A DNA stretch of 10,905 bases from Pseudomonadota bacterium (lineage in GTDB: Bacteria; Bdellovibrionota; Bdellovibrionia; Bdellovibrionales; SG-bin7): positions 1-10,905 of the forward strand of contig JAWXAY010000001.1 of the NCBI GenBank assembly GCA_034439715.1, given 5' to 3'. Numbering within the stretch: position 1 is the stretch's first letter; each line of letters opens with the position of its first letter. A program made the translations under genes and the position numbers. Of this stretch, positions 1 through 8,440 are shown piece after piece. The notes below the pieces were generated by a model. The model saw only the letters and a program-made list of their open reading frames with translations, was not told where the DNA came from and did not search any database.

Positions 1-81
1 AATCAAGCCCAACGGGCGCGAGCTGAATGCGAGCGAATTGACGATTTAACAAGCAGAGTGGGCGTTAGTCCTATCTACTAA
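1..81 (+). CDS. Probable 3' end of an upstream gene (partial, unknown product)
   Basis: Frame 1 is open from base 1 to TAA at 79-81 (NQAQRARAECERIDDLTSRVGVSPIY*) and is followed by an A-rich non-coding stretch. Too short to identify. Confidence 0.4.
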   Translation, partial: NQAQRARAECERIDDLTSRVGVSPIY

Positions 82-204
82 TAAAAGAAAGAACCCAGTC
101 CCGTTACCGAGGCGAAATGCACCGCCGATCTCTCAAATGGCCCTTAAATTTGATGGGAGTTTCCCCTGGTAGTTGTCATCTGCAATGAGACTCCGATGTC
201 TACC

Positions 205-220
205 TGGCATACAAAATGCT
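205..220 (+). promoter_or_regulatory. Sigma-54 (RpoN)-type -24/-12 promoter
   Basis: TGGCATACAAAATGCT: GG (206-207) and GC (218-219) are exactly 10 nt apart, a close match to TGGCAC-N5-TTGCW. It lies 35 nt upstream of the GTG at 256. Confidence 0.65.
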
Positions 221-242
221 TAATGATGCTCGACTAACCATA

Positions 243-250
243 AGGGAGGT
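243..250 (+). promoter_or_regulatory. Shine-Dalgarno sequence for the 256 ORF
   Basis: AGGGAGGT ends 5 nt before the GTG at 256. Confidence 0.8.
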
Positions 251-255
251 ATGTC

Positions 256-732
256 GTGAAATTATTAATTCTATTTTTGAGTTTTTTAACTGCAACCAGT
301 TTTGCTGCTCCGGCAGATAGAGATGGTGACCTAGGTTTGGGCGTAATGGTGGGGGATACAACCAGTCTCACTGGGAAATATTGGACCGAAAGTGACCGTG
401 GTTGGGACCTTTCGGGTGGCGCTTCTGAGGAAAAAGAAGGCTGGCTTCAGGCATCTTATCTAAAACACTATATCGGCGCATTTGGTGCTGGTACGCGGTT
501 TATAGGTGAGTCTACGCCGTATGCTGGTTTGGGTTTGGGAATGGGTTTTAACAGAACTCAGGATGCTATCAAACGGCAAAACGATTATTTTGCCCGTATT
601 CCACTTGGTCTCTCGTGGATGCCTAATCGTACTCCGGTAGATCTTTTTGCCGAAGTTGCTCCGACCTATATTTTTTCTCCTGGGGGAGTAGTGTACCTTA
701 GTGGAAATGTTGGTGGGCGATATTACTTTTAG
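256..732 (+). CDS. Small outer-membrane beta-barrel protein, DUF3996-like
   Basis: Sec signal peptide (MKLLILFLSFLTATSFA|AP), N-terminal GLGVMVGDTTSLTGKYW resembling the GxGxxxGxPTGLxxKYW start of this family, alternating amphipathic strands (PYAGLGLGMGF, RIPLGLSW, DLFAEVAP) and a C-terminal BAM beta-signal GGRYYF. Strong RBS. Confidence 0.8.
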   Translation: MKLLILFLSFLTATSFAAPADRDGDLGLGVMVGDTTSLTGKYWTESDRGWDLSGGASEEKEGWLQASYLKHYIGAFGAGTRFIGESTPYAGLGLGMGFNRTQDAIKRQNDYFARIPLGLSWMPNRTPVDLFAEVAPTYIFSPGGVVYLSGNVGGRYYF

Positions 733-747
733 TTTTTCCCAAAATTA

Positions 748-797
748 ACTTGATTCACCGCGCGACTCGACTGAGTCGCGTCGGAATCAGTGCTTTT
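748..797 (+). terminator. Long GC-rich stem-loop after the barrel gene, probable terminator or mRNA-stabilising hairpin
   Basis: Perfect CGCGACTC (761-768) / GAGTCGCG (773-780) around a GACT loop. It extends with bulges through CG/CG and TGATTC (751-756) / GAATCA (784-789) and is followed by only a short T run (gctttt). Confidence 0.55.
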
Positions 798-903
798 CAA
801 CTAAGCAGACTATACCGGATCTTCGAGTCAACAATTTAGAAAAGCTTGTGTCGGTAACAATTCTAAATTTAATATAGGCCCTATCCCAAAAATAGGAGTC
901 TAT

Positions 904-1515
904 TTGAAGCAGCTTTTGGTTTTTTTTCTAATGACTTTGGGTACTCTCGCTGCCGACAGCGAACCCCCAAAAAAAACAGTATTGATTCTGGGCGACTCTA
1001 TCACTGAGGGGTATGGAGTTGAAAAAGAAAAATCCTTTCCGGCATTGCTTGAGCGCCTGCTACATAAACAGGGAAAAACCGAAATTCGAGTTTTTATGGC
1101 GGGGATCGGCGGGGCCACGACTGCCAGTGGCGTGCAGAGACTTAAATATCATTTTAAAGAAAATCCTGACATTTTAGTTTTAGCTTTAGGTGCCAATGAT
1201 GGCTTGCGTGGGCTAAAAGTGGCAGAGACAAAAAAGAATTTAAAAGAAACTCTGCGCCTTGCCAAAACCAAGGGACTCAAAATTTTATTGGCCGGAATGA
1301 AAGTTCCTCCTAACTATGGCAAAAATTACGCTCAGGAGTTCACCAAAATGTTTGAGATCCTTGCACGTGAAGAAAAAATTGCCCTCATGCCCTTTTTGCT
1401 TGAGGGCGTCGGCGGTGAGCAAGAACTTAACCAAGAAGACGGCATTCACCCCAATGAAAAGGGTCATGCACTAATTGCAAAAAATCTGTTACAGCATTTG
1501 GAGAAATTATTTTGA
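904..1515 (+). CDS. tesA: Periplasmic SGNH/GDSL arylesterase / acyl-CoA thioesterase I (TesA family)
   Basis: Signal peptide, block I LGDSITEGYG (Ser32), block III LGANDG, PPNYG and block V DGIHPN. SD AGGAG at 894-898, TTG start. Adjacent to ybbA/ybbP homologues. Confidence 0.9.
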   Translation: MKQLLVFFLMTLGTLAADSEPPKKTVLILGDSITEGYGVEKEKSFPALLERLLHKQGKTEIRVFMAGIGGATTASGVQRLKYHFKENPDILVLALGANDGLRGLKVAETKKNLKETLRLAKTKGLKILLAGMKVPPNYGKNYAQEFTKMFEILAREEKIALMPFLLEGVGGEQELNQEDGIHPNEKGHALIAKNLLQHLEKLF

Positions 1516-2171
1516 TATTAAAGATAGAGGGTGTTTCAAAAAATTATGTGCAGGGTGAGCGCCTTATTGAAGTTCTGCGTGGAGTAGATCTTCTGATAGA
1601 TAAGCCCGAAATTTTATCGATCGTTGGCCCAAGTGGCAGTGGCAAGACGACTTTGCTATCGTTGATTTCAGGCCTTGATCGACCGGATCAGGGGGGAATT
1701 TGGGTTTTGGACACACCGTTAAACAGCCTTTCAGAGGATAAGCTCACTCAATTTAGAGGCCGAAATTTAGGAATTGTGTTTCAGCAGTTTCACTTAATTC
1801 CACACCTAACTGCAGAAGAAAACATTTCTCTACCACTCGAAATTTTGGGCGAATCGGAAAAATCAGACCGAGTAAGCCAGGCGCTGCAAAGTGTGGGACT
1901 CACCGAGCGAAAAGACCATTTTCCGCATCAATTGAGCGGCGGAGAATGCCAGCGCGTGGCCATTGCTCGCGCCATGGTGATGGAGCCCAGATTTATTTTG
2001 GCAGACGAGCCCAGCGGAAATTTAGACTTCAAAACCTCTAGTCTAGTAATGCGTGTATTATTTGAGCTTGTCCGAGCCAAGGGAATCACCATGCTTTTGG
2101 TTACTCATAACGATGAGTTATCTAAGCTCTGTGATCGAAGGCTTTCAATGCATGAGGGCCGACTTTGTTAA
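1512..2171 (+). CDS. ybbA: ABC transporter ATP-binding protein (YbbA / LolD-like)
   Basis: Walker A GPSGSGKTT, Q-loop IVFQQFHL, signature LSGGECQR, Walker B ILADEPSGNLD, H-loop LVTHN. The TTG start overlaps the tesA stop (TTGA, 1512-1515). Confidence 0.9.
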   Translation: MILKIEGVSKNYVQGERLIEVLRGVDLLIDKPEILSIVGPSGSGKTTLLSLISGLDRPDQGGIWVLDTPLNSLSEDKLTQFRGRNLGIVFQQFHLIPHLTAEENISLPLEILGESEKSDRVSQALQSVGLTERKDHFPHQLSGGECQRVAIARAMVMEPRFILADEPSGNLDFKTSSLVMRVLFELVRAKGITMLLVTHNDELSKLCDRRLSMHEGRLC

Positions 2172-4669
2172 TTCTAAGGCTTGCCTGGAAAGAAATTGTC
2201 AACCAACCCAGAACATCGCTTGTCATGCTCGGGACGTTGATACTGGGATTGGTTTCATTTGTCGGGCTTGATCTGTTTCGTGGGGCCGTTGAGACCACGC
2301 TTCAAAATCACTCTCAAAAAATGTTGTCGGCAGATTTTGTCATTGCCGGAAGGCGAGAACTGACTCGAGAAGAGCAAGCTATCGTGAGGGACAGTTTGCC
2401 GGCGAAAAGCTCCTCCCATCTTGTGATCGAAATGTATTCGATGATCAAAAGCAGCCAGCGCTCACGCTTAGTTCAGGTCAAAGCAATTCCCGCTGATTTT
2501 CCCTATTACGGTGAATTAGATATTTTGCATTCTGACGATTTAGACGGTGATGTGTGTTGGTTACATCCCGAGCTGTTGGAGCAACTTCAGGTAAAGGTTG
2601 GTGACTTCATAAAATTAGGAAACCTGAATCTAGAAGTGGCGGGAGTTGTCAAAAACGACTTTGTAAATAGTTGGCGAGGAATGACTCTAGCCCCCAAAAT
2701 TTATCTAAGTACTAAAAATATATTTTTGTCGGAGCTTATTCAGAAGGGGAGTACGCTAACCTATAACCACCTTTACAAGACACCACCTCAAACTGACATT
2801 GAGTTGCTGACCGAAGTGCTCAATAAAAAAATTCAGGATCCCGCACTCCGAATCCTATCCCACACTCAGGCTGCCAATGAATACGGCCAGGGCTTAGCTA
2901 TGGTAGCCGATTATTTGGGGCTGGTAACGCTAGTGGCATTATTTTTAACGGGGGTTGGCATCAATTTTATTTTCAGCGCCTTTCTGTGGTCCAAAGTGCG
3001 GGAGACTGCCATTCTAGTTAGCCTCGGACTGACTCGGCTAAAGGTAGTCGGCATCTATTTTTTCTATTTGTGTTTTTTGGTTTTGATTGCTTGGGTTCCC
3101 ACTTGGTTGTTGGGACTATTGATCTTTCCGTACTTTCAAAAGCTTGTTCTAAAAATATTACCTTTAAATGTACCAATGGTCTTAGACCACAAGAGCTTTT
3201 TAACTGCCGGATTGGTTGGCTTAGTCACCATACTCGCAAGTTGTGTCTTAACACTTTTGCGGTTGCAGAACGTGAATGCCTCGCGACTTTTTGACGATCG
3301 TGACCTCATTCCTCAAAGCGGAAAAAAATTGATTGCCGGTGTGTTGTTGGCGCTGGGGCTAGTTTTTTGGGGGCTTTCCGTAGTCATGTCCCACTCGATT
3401 AAGGTTGGCTCGATTTTTGTGGCCTCGCTGTCGGCTTCAGTGGTGGTATTTTGGATTTTTGGTTATCTGGTTTTAAAATCCTTTGGACGCCTAAAAAACA
3501 TGAGATCTTTTACTCTCAGTTACACATTAAGAAGTATTAGCCGCCTCCTTCGGCCCAACTTGCTCAGTCTTATTTCATTGGGCATTGGCAGTTTTTTGTT
3601 AGTACTTGTACCGCAAATTCGTATAAGTCTCGAAAAAGACATCATTCAGCCCGATGGGGTAGTGCTGCCTGATCTTTTTATGTTTGATATTCAGGACGAT
3701 CAAATCGAAAAGCTTAAAGAAAGTATCAGTAAAATGGGCTACCAGCTAGATGAACCTTCGCCGATGGTTCGCGCTAAACTTGAATCCGTCAATGGAAAAT
3801 CGTTTGAGAAATGGACGGATGACCAGACATTTTCGACTCGAGAAGAAGAGGCCGAAAAACGTTTTCGAAATCGCGGATTTAATTTAAGTTTTAGGTCTCA
3901 TTTGTCAGCAGACGAAAAAATCGTAAGTGGAAAAGATTTTACAAATTCCAAAAGCGGTGGGCCGGCACAAATTTCTCTCGAAGTGCGTTTTGCGGAACGC
4001 CTCAATTTAGGCGTCGGCGACCTTCTAGATTTTGATGTGCAAGGCGAGTCTGTTTCAGGAAAGATCGTTAATCTGCGGTCCGTCCGTTGGTCTAGTTTTA
4101 GACCCAACTTTTTTGTTGTGTTTGAACCTGGTGCGCTAGATGCCATGCCAAAAACTTATTTAGCTTCTTTGGGGTCATTGAGGCCCGAAGACAAGGCCAG
4201 TGTGCAAAACAGACTGACCGAAGTTTTTCCCAATATCTCAATCGTCGATGTGCAATCTACCGTAACACGAGTTCGAGATCTCGTGGGACTAATGATTTGG
4301 GCCATTAACTTTATGGCTCTGTTGTGTATGGTGCAAAGCTTTGTAATACTATTGGCTATTTCTTATCAAGAGGCCTGGCGCCGACAGGGCGAGTGGCGAA
4401 TTTTAAAATTGTTGGGAATAAGTAAAGCAAAAGTGATTGCAATTAATGTTTTTCAGAGCGCCACTTTGAGTCTGCTCGCGACCACCGTCGGAATTTTTTT
4501 GGGTACCCTAGCCTCGCAACTCATTTGCCGTTTTGCCTTTAATACAGTGGGAAAAGTGAGTCTTTTTACTCCTGCAGTATTGCTTGTTTCAGTAATGAGT
4601 GTCTCAATTTCGGTCACTTATTTTATCTCGGTAAGATTTCATTCCCGCCGACTTGAAATTTCGCTATAA
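2165..4669 (+). CDS. ybbP: FtsX/MacB-like duplicated ABC permease (YbbP family)
   Basis: 834 aa with two halves, each TM + periplasmic domain + multi-TM FtsX-like block. Family-like motifs are [25 protein letters not shown] and [17 protein letters not shown]. The TTG start overlaps the ybbA end by 7 nt. Confidence 0.88.
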   Translation: MLILRLAWKEIVNQPRTSLVMLGTLILGLVSFVGLDLFRGAVETTLQNHSQKMLSADFVIAGRRELTREEQAIVRDSLPAKSSSHLVIEMYSMIKSSQRSRLVQVKAIPADFPYYGELDILHSDDLDGDVCWLHPELLEQLQVKVGDFIKLGNLNLEVAGVVKNDFVNSWRGMTLAPKIYLSTKNIFLSELIQKGSTLTYNHLYKTPPQTDIELLTEVLNKKIQDPALRILSHTQAANEYGQGLAMVADYLGLVTLVALFLTGVGINFIFSAFLWSKVRETAILVSLGLTRLKVVGIYFFYLCFLVLIAWVPTWLLGLLIFPYFQKLVLKILPLNVPMVLDHKSFLTAGLVGLVTILASCVLTLLRLQNVNASRLFDDRDLIPQSGKKLIAGVLLALGLVFWGLSVVMSHSIKVGSIFVASLSASVVVFWIFGYLVLKSFGRLKNMRSFTLSYTLRSISRLLRPNLLSLISLGIGSFLLVLVPQIRISLEKDIIQPDGVVLPDLFMFDIQDDQIEKLKESISKMGYQLDEPSPMVRAKLESVNGKSFEKWTDDQTFSTREEEAEKRFRNRGFNLSFRSHLSADEKIVSGKDFTNSKSGGPAQISLEVRFAERLNLGVGDLLDFDVQGESVSGKIVNLRSVRWSSFRPNFFVVFEPGALDAMPKTYLASLGSLRPEDKASVQNRLTEVFPNISIVDVQSTVTRVRDLVGLMIWAINFMALLCMVQSFVILLAISYQEAWRRQGEWRILKLLGISKAKVIAINVFQSATLSLLATTVGIFLGTLASQLICRFAFNTVGKVSLFTPAVLLVSVMSVSISVTYFISVRFHSRRLEISL

Positions 4670-4716
4670 GCCCAGTCCCATTTTCATTAAAGCCTCCCGA
4701 TAAACCTATTGTAGAT

Positions 4717-6582
4717 ATGTTTTCTAAATTCCGACCTTCAAAACGATTCGTGCATGCTCTCATAGGCTTTTTGTCAGGAAGTCTCCTTGTTCTACTGGCA
4801 ATGTGGGTCCGCTCTAAAGAGCTGGGTATTAATATTTCAGAAGTTCAATTTTTGTCCCAAAACTATTTGTTGTGGCTTGTTGATTCAGTGCCGTTCGTGA
4901 TGGGCCTACTCGCCTATTTCGTGGGAACCCGGCACGAGAATCTAGAGATATTTAATAGCCAGCTTGAAAAACAAGTGAGAGCCAGAACCCTCGAAATTCG
5001 TAAATCCAAAGAAGTTGCGGAAAGAGCGCTTAAAACCAAATCTAATTTTTTGGCAAATATGTCTCATGAAATACGTACGCCCATGAATGGAGTGATTGGA
5101 ATAACCGGCTTGTTGATGGATACAAACCTTTCTTCGGAACAACATGACTATGTCGACACCATTAGAGATTGTGGACAAAACTTACTAACAATCATAAATG
5201 ACATTCTAGATTTTTCTAAAATGGAGGCCGGAAAGCTCGAGCTCGAAGAACAACCATTTGATATTTTCAAGGCTATAGAAAGCTCGCTGCATTTGTTAGA
5301 GGAGTTGGCTGCAAAAAAAGGACTCAAATTAAATTATACGGCGACCTCTCGCGTGCCGACAGGTATCCAGGGTGACGTCACGCGACTGAGGCAGATAGTA
5401 GTAAACCTGGTCAGCAACGCCATTAAATTTACCGAAAAAGGAGAGATTTCGGTAATTCTCGATGCCGAAGAATTGATCGGTGATGTCTTTAAAATTCAGG
5501 TATCTGTCAAAGATTCAGGAATTGGAATTCCTAAGGACCGTCTTGATCGTCTGTTTCAGTCATTCAGCCAAGTGGATGCTTCCACGACTCGCCTTTACGG
5601 CGGGTCAGGCTTGGGGCTCGTCATTAGTCGGCGACTGGCGGAAATGATGGGGGGAACGATGTGGGTGGAAAGCGAAAGTGGTCAGGGCTCAACTTTTCAT
5701 TTTAACATTGTAGCTGTTAAGCTTGAGTTGAGCTCTGAAAAAGAGACCGCTACAGCTGATGCAAAAATAGATCATGAGCTTGCGGCTAAGTTCCCTCTAA
5801 AAATTTTACTAGCAGAAGACAACATTGTTAATCAAAAGGTCGCATTGAAAATTTTAGGAAAAATGGGCTATAGGGCTGACCTAGCGGCTAACGGCTTAGA
5901 GGTTTTAAGTGCTCTCAAGCGTCAGAGCTATGATTTGATTTTTATGGATATGCAAATGCCCGAGATGGACGGTCTTGAAGCCACAAGGCAGGTACGCCGT
6001 GATTGGCCCACGGCGGAGCAACCAACTATCATAGCCATGACAGCCAGCGCGATGAAAAGTGATGTTGATGCTTGTCTGGGAGCAGGGATGAACTCGTTTA
6101 TTAGTAAACCCGTAGGTCTTGACGAAATTATTAGTCATCTGAGGAAGGTCAAACGAATAACGAAAGGCCGGATTGGCATTATAAGCCAAGAGATTAATAA
6201 GTCAGAGGCAGTTAAAGACATAAAGCTAGGACTCAGGAATACCAGCCTTCGCGATAAACTTTTAAAAAACTTTGAAGGTGACCAAGAAATTCTAAATATT
6301 GCCGTTGAAAGTTACTTTTCGTTTTTCCAGCCGTGTCTGTCTGAAATTAGGTCCGCAGTAATAGAGAAAAATGCGCCAGCGCTGTATAAAGCGGCACATT
6401 CCCTTAAGGGGGCAGTAAGCAACTTTCTATTAGATGGTGTGACAGAAGCCGTACTGAAACTAGAAACAATGGGTCGAAACAATGATTTCACTGAAATTGC
6501 TTGGGCAATGACACAACTCGAAGCAGGAATTGAACAATTAAATGCTGAGCTCGCCAAATTAAGACAAGAAAAAGTAGCTTAA
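4717..6582 (+). CDS. Membrane-bound hybrid sensor histidine kinase (2 TM, HisKA, HATPase_c, receiver, HPt)
   Basis: Two N-terminal hydrophobic helices, coiled-coil linker (LEKQVRART), H-box [15 protein letters not shown] (His117), N-box [11 protein letters not shown]1 DSGIGI, G2 GGSGLGL, receiver [20 protein letters not shown] and a C-terminal HPt AHSLKG. Confidence 0.95.
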   Translation: MFSKFRPSKRFVHALIGFLSGSLLVLLAMWVRSKELGINISEVQFLSQNYLLWLVDSVPFVMGLLAYFVGTRHENLEIFNSQLEKQVRARTLEIRKSKEVAERALKTKSNFLANMSHEIRTPMNGVIGITGLLMDTNLSSEQHDYVDTIRDCGQNLLTIINDILDFSKMEAGKLELEEQPFDIFKAIESSLHLLEELAAKKGLKLNYTATSRVPTGIQGDVTRLRQIVVNLVSNAIKFTEKGEISVILDAEELIGDVFKIQVSVKDSGIGIPKDRLDRLFQSFSQVDASTTRLYGGSGLGLVISRRLAEMMGGTMWVESESGQGSTFHFNIVAVKLELSSEKETATADAKIDHELAAKFPLKILLAEDNIVNQKVALKILGKMGYRADLAANGLEVLSALKRQSYDLIFMDMQMPEMDGLEATRQVRRDWPTAEQPTIIAMTASAMKSDVDACLGAGMNSFISKPVGLDEIISHLRKVKRITKGRIGIISQEINKSEAVKDIKLGLRNTSLRDKLLKNFEGDQEILNIAVESYFSFFQPCLSEIRSAVIEKNAPALYKAAHSLKGAVSNFLLDGVTEAVLKLETMGRNNDFTEIAWAMTQLEAGIEQLNAELAKLRQEKVA

Positions 6583-6611
6583 ATTAGTTTATTTGTTCTA
6601 AAATTTAATTC

Positions 6612-7817
6612 ATGTCAAATTTTCAATTAGGAATTGATCAGTTAATTAAAGACCCTAAGCTCAAAAAACAACTGGCGGGGCAAAGGGTGGCACTTGTGGC
6701 ACATCCGGCCTCGGTGACTTCAAACCTAGAACATTCTCTTGATGTTTTGTCGCGACAGAAAGGCATTAAGTTCACATCCGCTTTTGGTGCTCAGCACGGC
6801 ATGCGAGGTGAAAAACAAGATAACATGATTGAGTCTGCTGACTATCAAGATCCCGAATTTAATATTCCCGTTTTTAGCCTATACGGAAAAGTTCGAAAAC
6901 CAAGTACAGAGATGATGTCCAGTTTTGACCTGGTACTATTTGATCTTCAAGACGTTGGAACCAGAATCTATACGTTTTTAACCACGCTACTTTATATGCT
7001 AGAGGCCTGCGCGAAAAATCGAAAGGAAATTTGGGTTTTGGATCGACCTAATCCTGCTGGGCGTACCATTGAAGGAAAAATTTTAGAGACGGGATGGGAA
7101 AGCTTTGTCGGAGCCGGGCCTTTACCCATTCGGCATGGCTTAACGTTAGGTGAGGCCGCACTTTGGTTTAAAACTAAATTTAATCTTGACGTCAATTTAA
7201 AGGTCATAAAAATGAAGGGATACAATCCCGACAAATCTCCCGGCTTTGGTTGGCCAAATCTTTCTTGGGTTAACCCCAGTCCCAATGCCTCGAATCTTTC
7301 AATGGTCAGATGTTTTGCGGGCACAGTTTTGATCGAAGGCACCACTTTGTCAGAGGGGCGTGGCACCACACGGCCTCTAGAGGTTATTGGGGCGCCCGGG
7401 TTGCCAACTATTAAGATATTAAAGGAGATGGAGCGCCTGAGATCAAAGTGGCTTGATGGCTGTCGAATTCGACGATGCTTTTTTGAGCCCACCTTTCAAA
7501 AACATAAAGGTAACATTTGCGAGGGAATTCAAATCCACGTCGATGACAGATTTTTTGATCATCAAAAATTTAAGCCCTACCGTCTAGTGAGTTTATTTTT
7601 AAAGTCCCTAAAAAACCTGCGACCTGATTATGAGATTTGGCGAAAATTTGAATATGAATATGAAACCGAGCATCTAGCCATAGACCTTATTAACGGTGGA
7701 CCTAGTTTAAGAGAATTCGTTGACGATAAGTCGGCGACGGTAGCAGACTTTGAGAGTCTTCTTGCACAGGATGAAAAGGCTTGGGCCAAAGAGTGCCGCC
7801 CTTTCCTGCTCTATTAG
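6612..7817 (+). CDS. DUF1343 / exo-beta-N-acetylmuramidase NamZ-family protein (no signal peptide)
   Basis: Family motifs FGAQHG (canonical PEHG position), PVFSLYG, FDLQDVGTRIYTF, VLDRPNP, RHGLTLGE, PSPN and EGTTLSEGRGTTRPLE. Confidence 0.9.
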   Translation: MSNFQLGIDQLIKDPKLKKQLAGQRVALVAHPASVTSNLEHSLDVLSRQKGIKFTSAFGAQHGMRGEKQDNMIESADYQDPEFNIPVFSLYGKVRKPSTEMMSSFDLVLFDLQDVGTRIYTFLTTLLYMLEACAKNRKEIWVLDRPNPAGRTIEGKILETGWESFVGAGPLPIRHGLTLGEAALWFKTKFNLDVNLKVIKMKGYNPDKSPGFGWPNLSWVNPSPNASNLSMVRCFAGTVLIEGTTLSEGRGTTRPLEVIGAPGLPTIKILKEMERLRSKWLDGCRIRRCFFEPTFQKHKGNICEGIQIHVDDRFFDHQKFKPYRLVSLFLKSLKNLRPDYEIWRKFEYEYETEHLAIDLINGGPSLREFVDDKSATVADFESLLAQDEKAWAKECRPFLLY

Positions 7818-7824
7818 CAGCAAT

Positions 7825-8403
7825 ATGAATACCCAGATTAAAAGAATTTTTATTGGCCTATCAATTCCACACGAGGTGGGCACTCGACTTTCAGAAATCA
7901 GCCGCAAGCTAAAAAAGGGGGCCGACAAAAAGGAGATCGACGTCATGTGGTCTCCCAAAGAAAAATGGCATGTCACGCTGGTTTTTATTGGGGACACGCC
8001 AGTTGAAAAAGTCACCTCACTCGAGATCCTGCTAAGAGATTTTTTTCAAAACGAAAGATTTTTTGAAGTAGGAGTTCGTAAGTTGGGCGCCTTTCCAGAA
8101 ATTCAGGGCGCTCGATTCATTTGGGCAGGTGTGACTAGAACTGATAGCTTTGTCACTCTTCGGCAAAGGTTGACGGCGGCGCTTAAGCCGTGGGGACACT
8201 TGCCCACTGAACTCGAGTTCACTCCCCACATTACTCTAGGGCGACTAAGGAATCATAAAAATATCACAGACTTACTGTCGCCCTGGATTCGTGCCGACTT
8301 TGGCAAGATCAATGTGAATGAAGCTATTTTGTATGAAAGTCAGCAGATTGGACCACGTACGATGTATGTACCTCTAGTGCGTTATCCGCTAATCAGCGAT
8401 TGA
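7825..8403 (+). CDS. thpR: RNA 2',3'-cyclic phosphodiesterase (2H phosphoesterase, LigT/ThpR family)
   Basis: RIFIGL N-terminus, two HxT motifs (WHVTLVFIG, PHITLGR), LGAFP..ARFIWAGV and LYES..Y. The start is reassigned to the in-frame ATG at 7825, 7 nt after the upstream stop, giving 192 aa. Confidence 0.88.
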   Translation: MNTQIKRIFIGLSIPHEVGTRLSEISRKLKKGADKKEIDVMWSPKEKWHVTLVFIGDTPVEKVTSLEILLRDFFQNERFFEVGVRKLGAFPEIQGARFIWAGVTRTDSFVTLRQRLTAALKPWGHLPTELEFTPHITLGRLRNHKNITDLLSPWIRADFGKINVNEAILYESQQIGPRTMYVPLVRYPLISD

Positions 8404-8440
8404 CATAAAAGGTGCCTACCAAAATAATAATGAGTCATAT

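Noticed and set aside
95..169. Possible structured RNA or riboswitch (TCCCGTTA/TGATGGGA, GGCG/CGCC, TCAAAT/ATTTGA pairings)
   Set aside because: The stems are short and partly mutually exclusive, I recognise no riboswitch consensus, and the region lies upstream of the predicted promoter. An Rfam/Infernal scan would settle it.
251..259. Mini-ORF ATG-TCG-TGA overlapping the GTG start at 256
   Set aside because: The ATG directly abuts the SD, too close for initiation. The SD spacing fits the GTG at 256.
289..300. 'TATS' in the signal peptide of the 256 ORF as a second ATS-motif substrate
   Set aside because: It is followed by FA|AP, an ordinary SPase I site, and the protein is a typical barrel. 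Probably coincidental.
900..6557. Short alternative-frame or antisense ORFs (900-1118, 1285-1467, 2053-2271, 3070-3294, 3898-4146, 4942-5178, 5905-6189, 6312-6557)
   Set aside because: All overlap confidently assigned genes and show no motifs or independent support.
6992..7492. 166-aa antisense ORF
   Set aside because: It lies wholly opposite a well-conserved DUF1343 gene and has no recognisable motif. Shadow ORF.
7750..7824. 25-aa N-terminal extension of ThpR in the ORF track
   Set aside because: It overlaps the NamZ-family gene by 68 nt. Family similarity begins just after the ATG at 7825.
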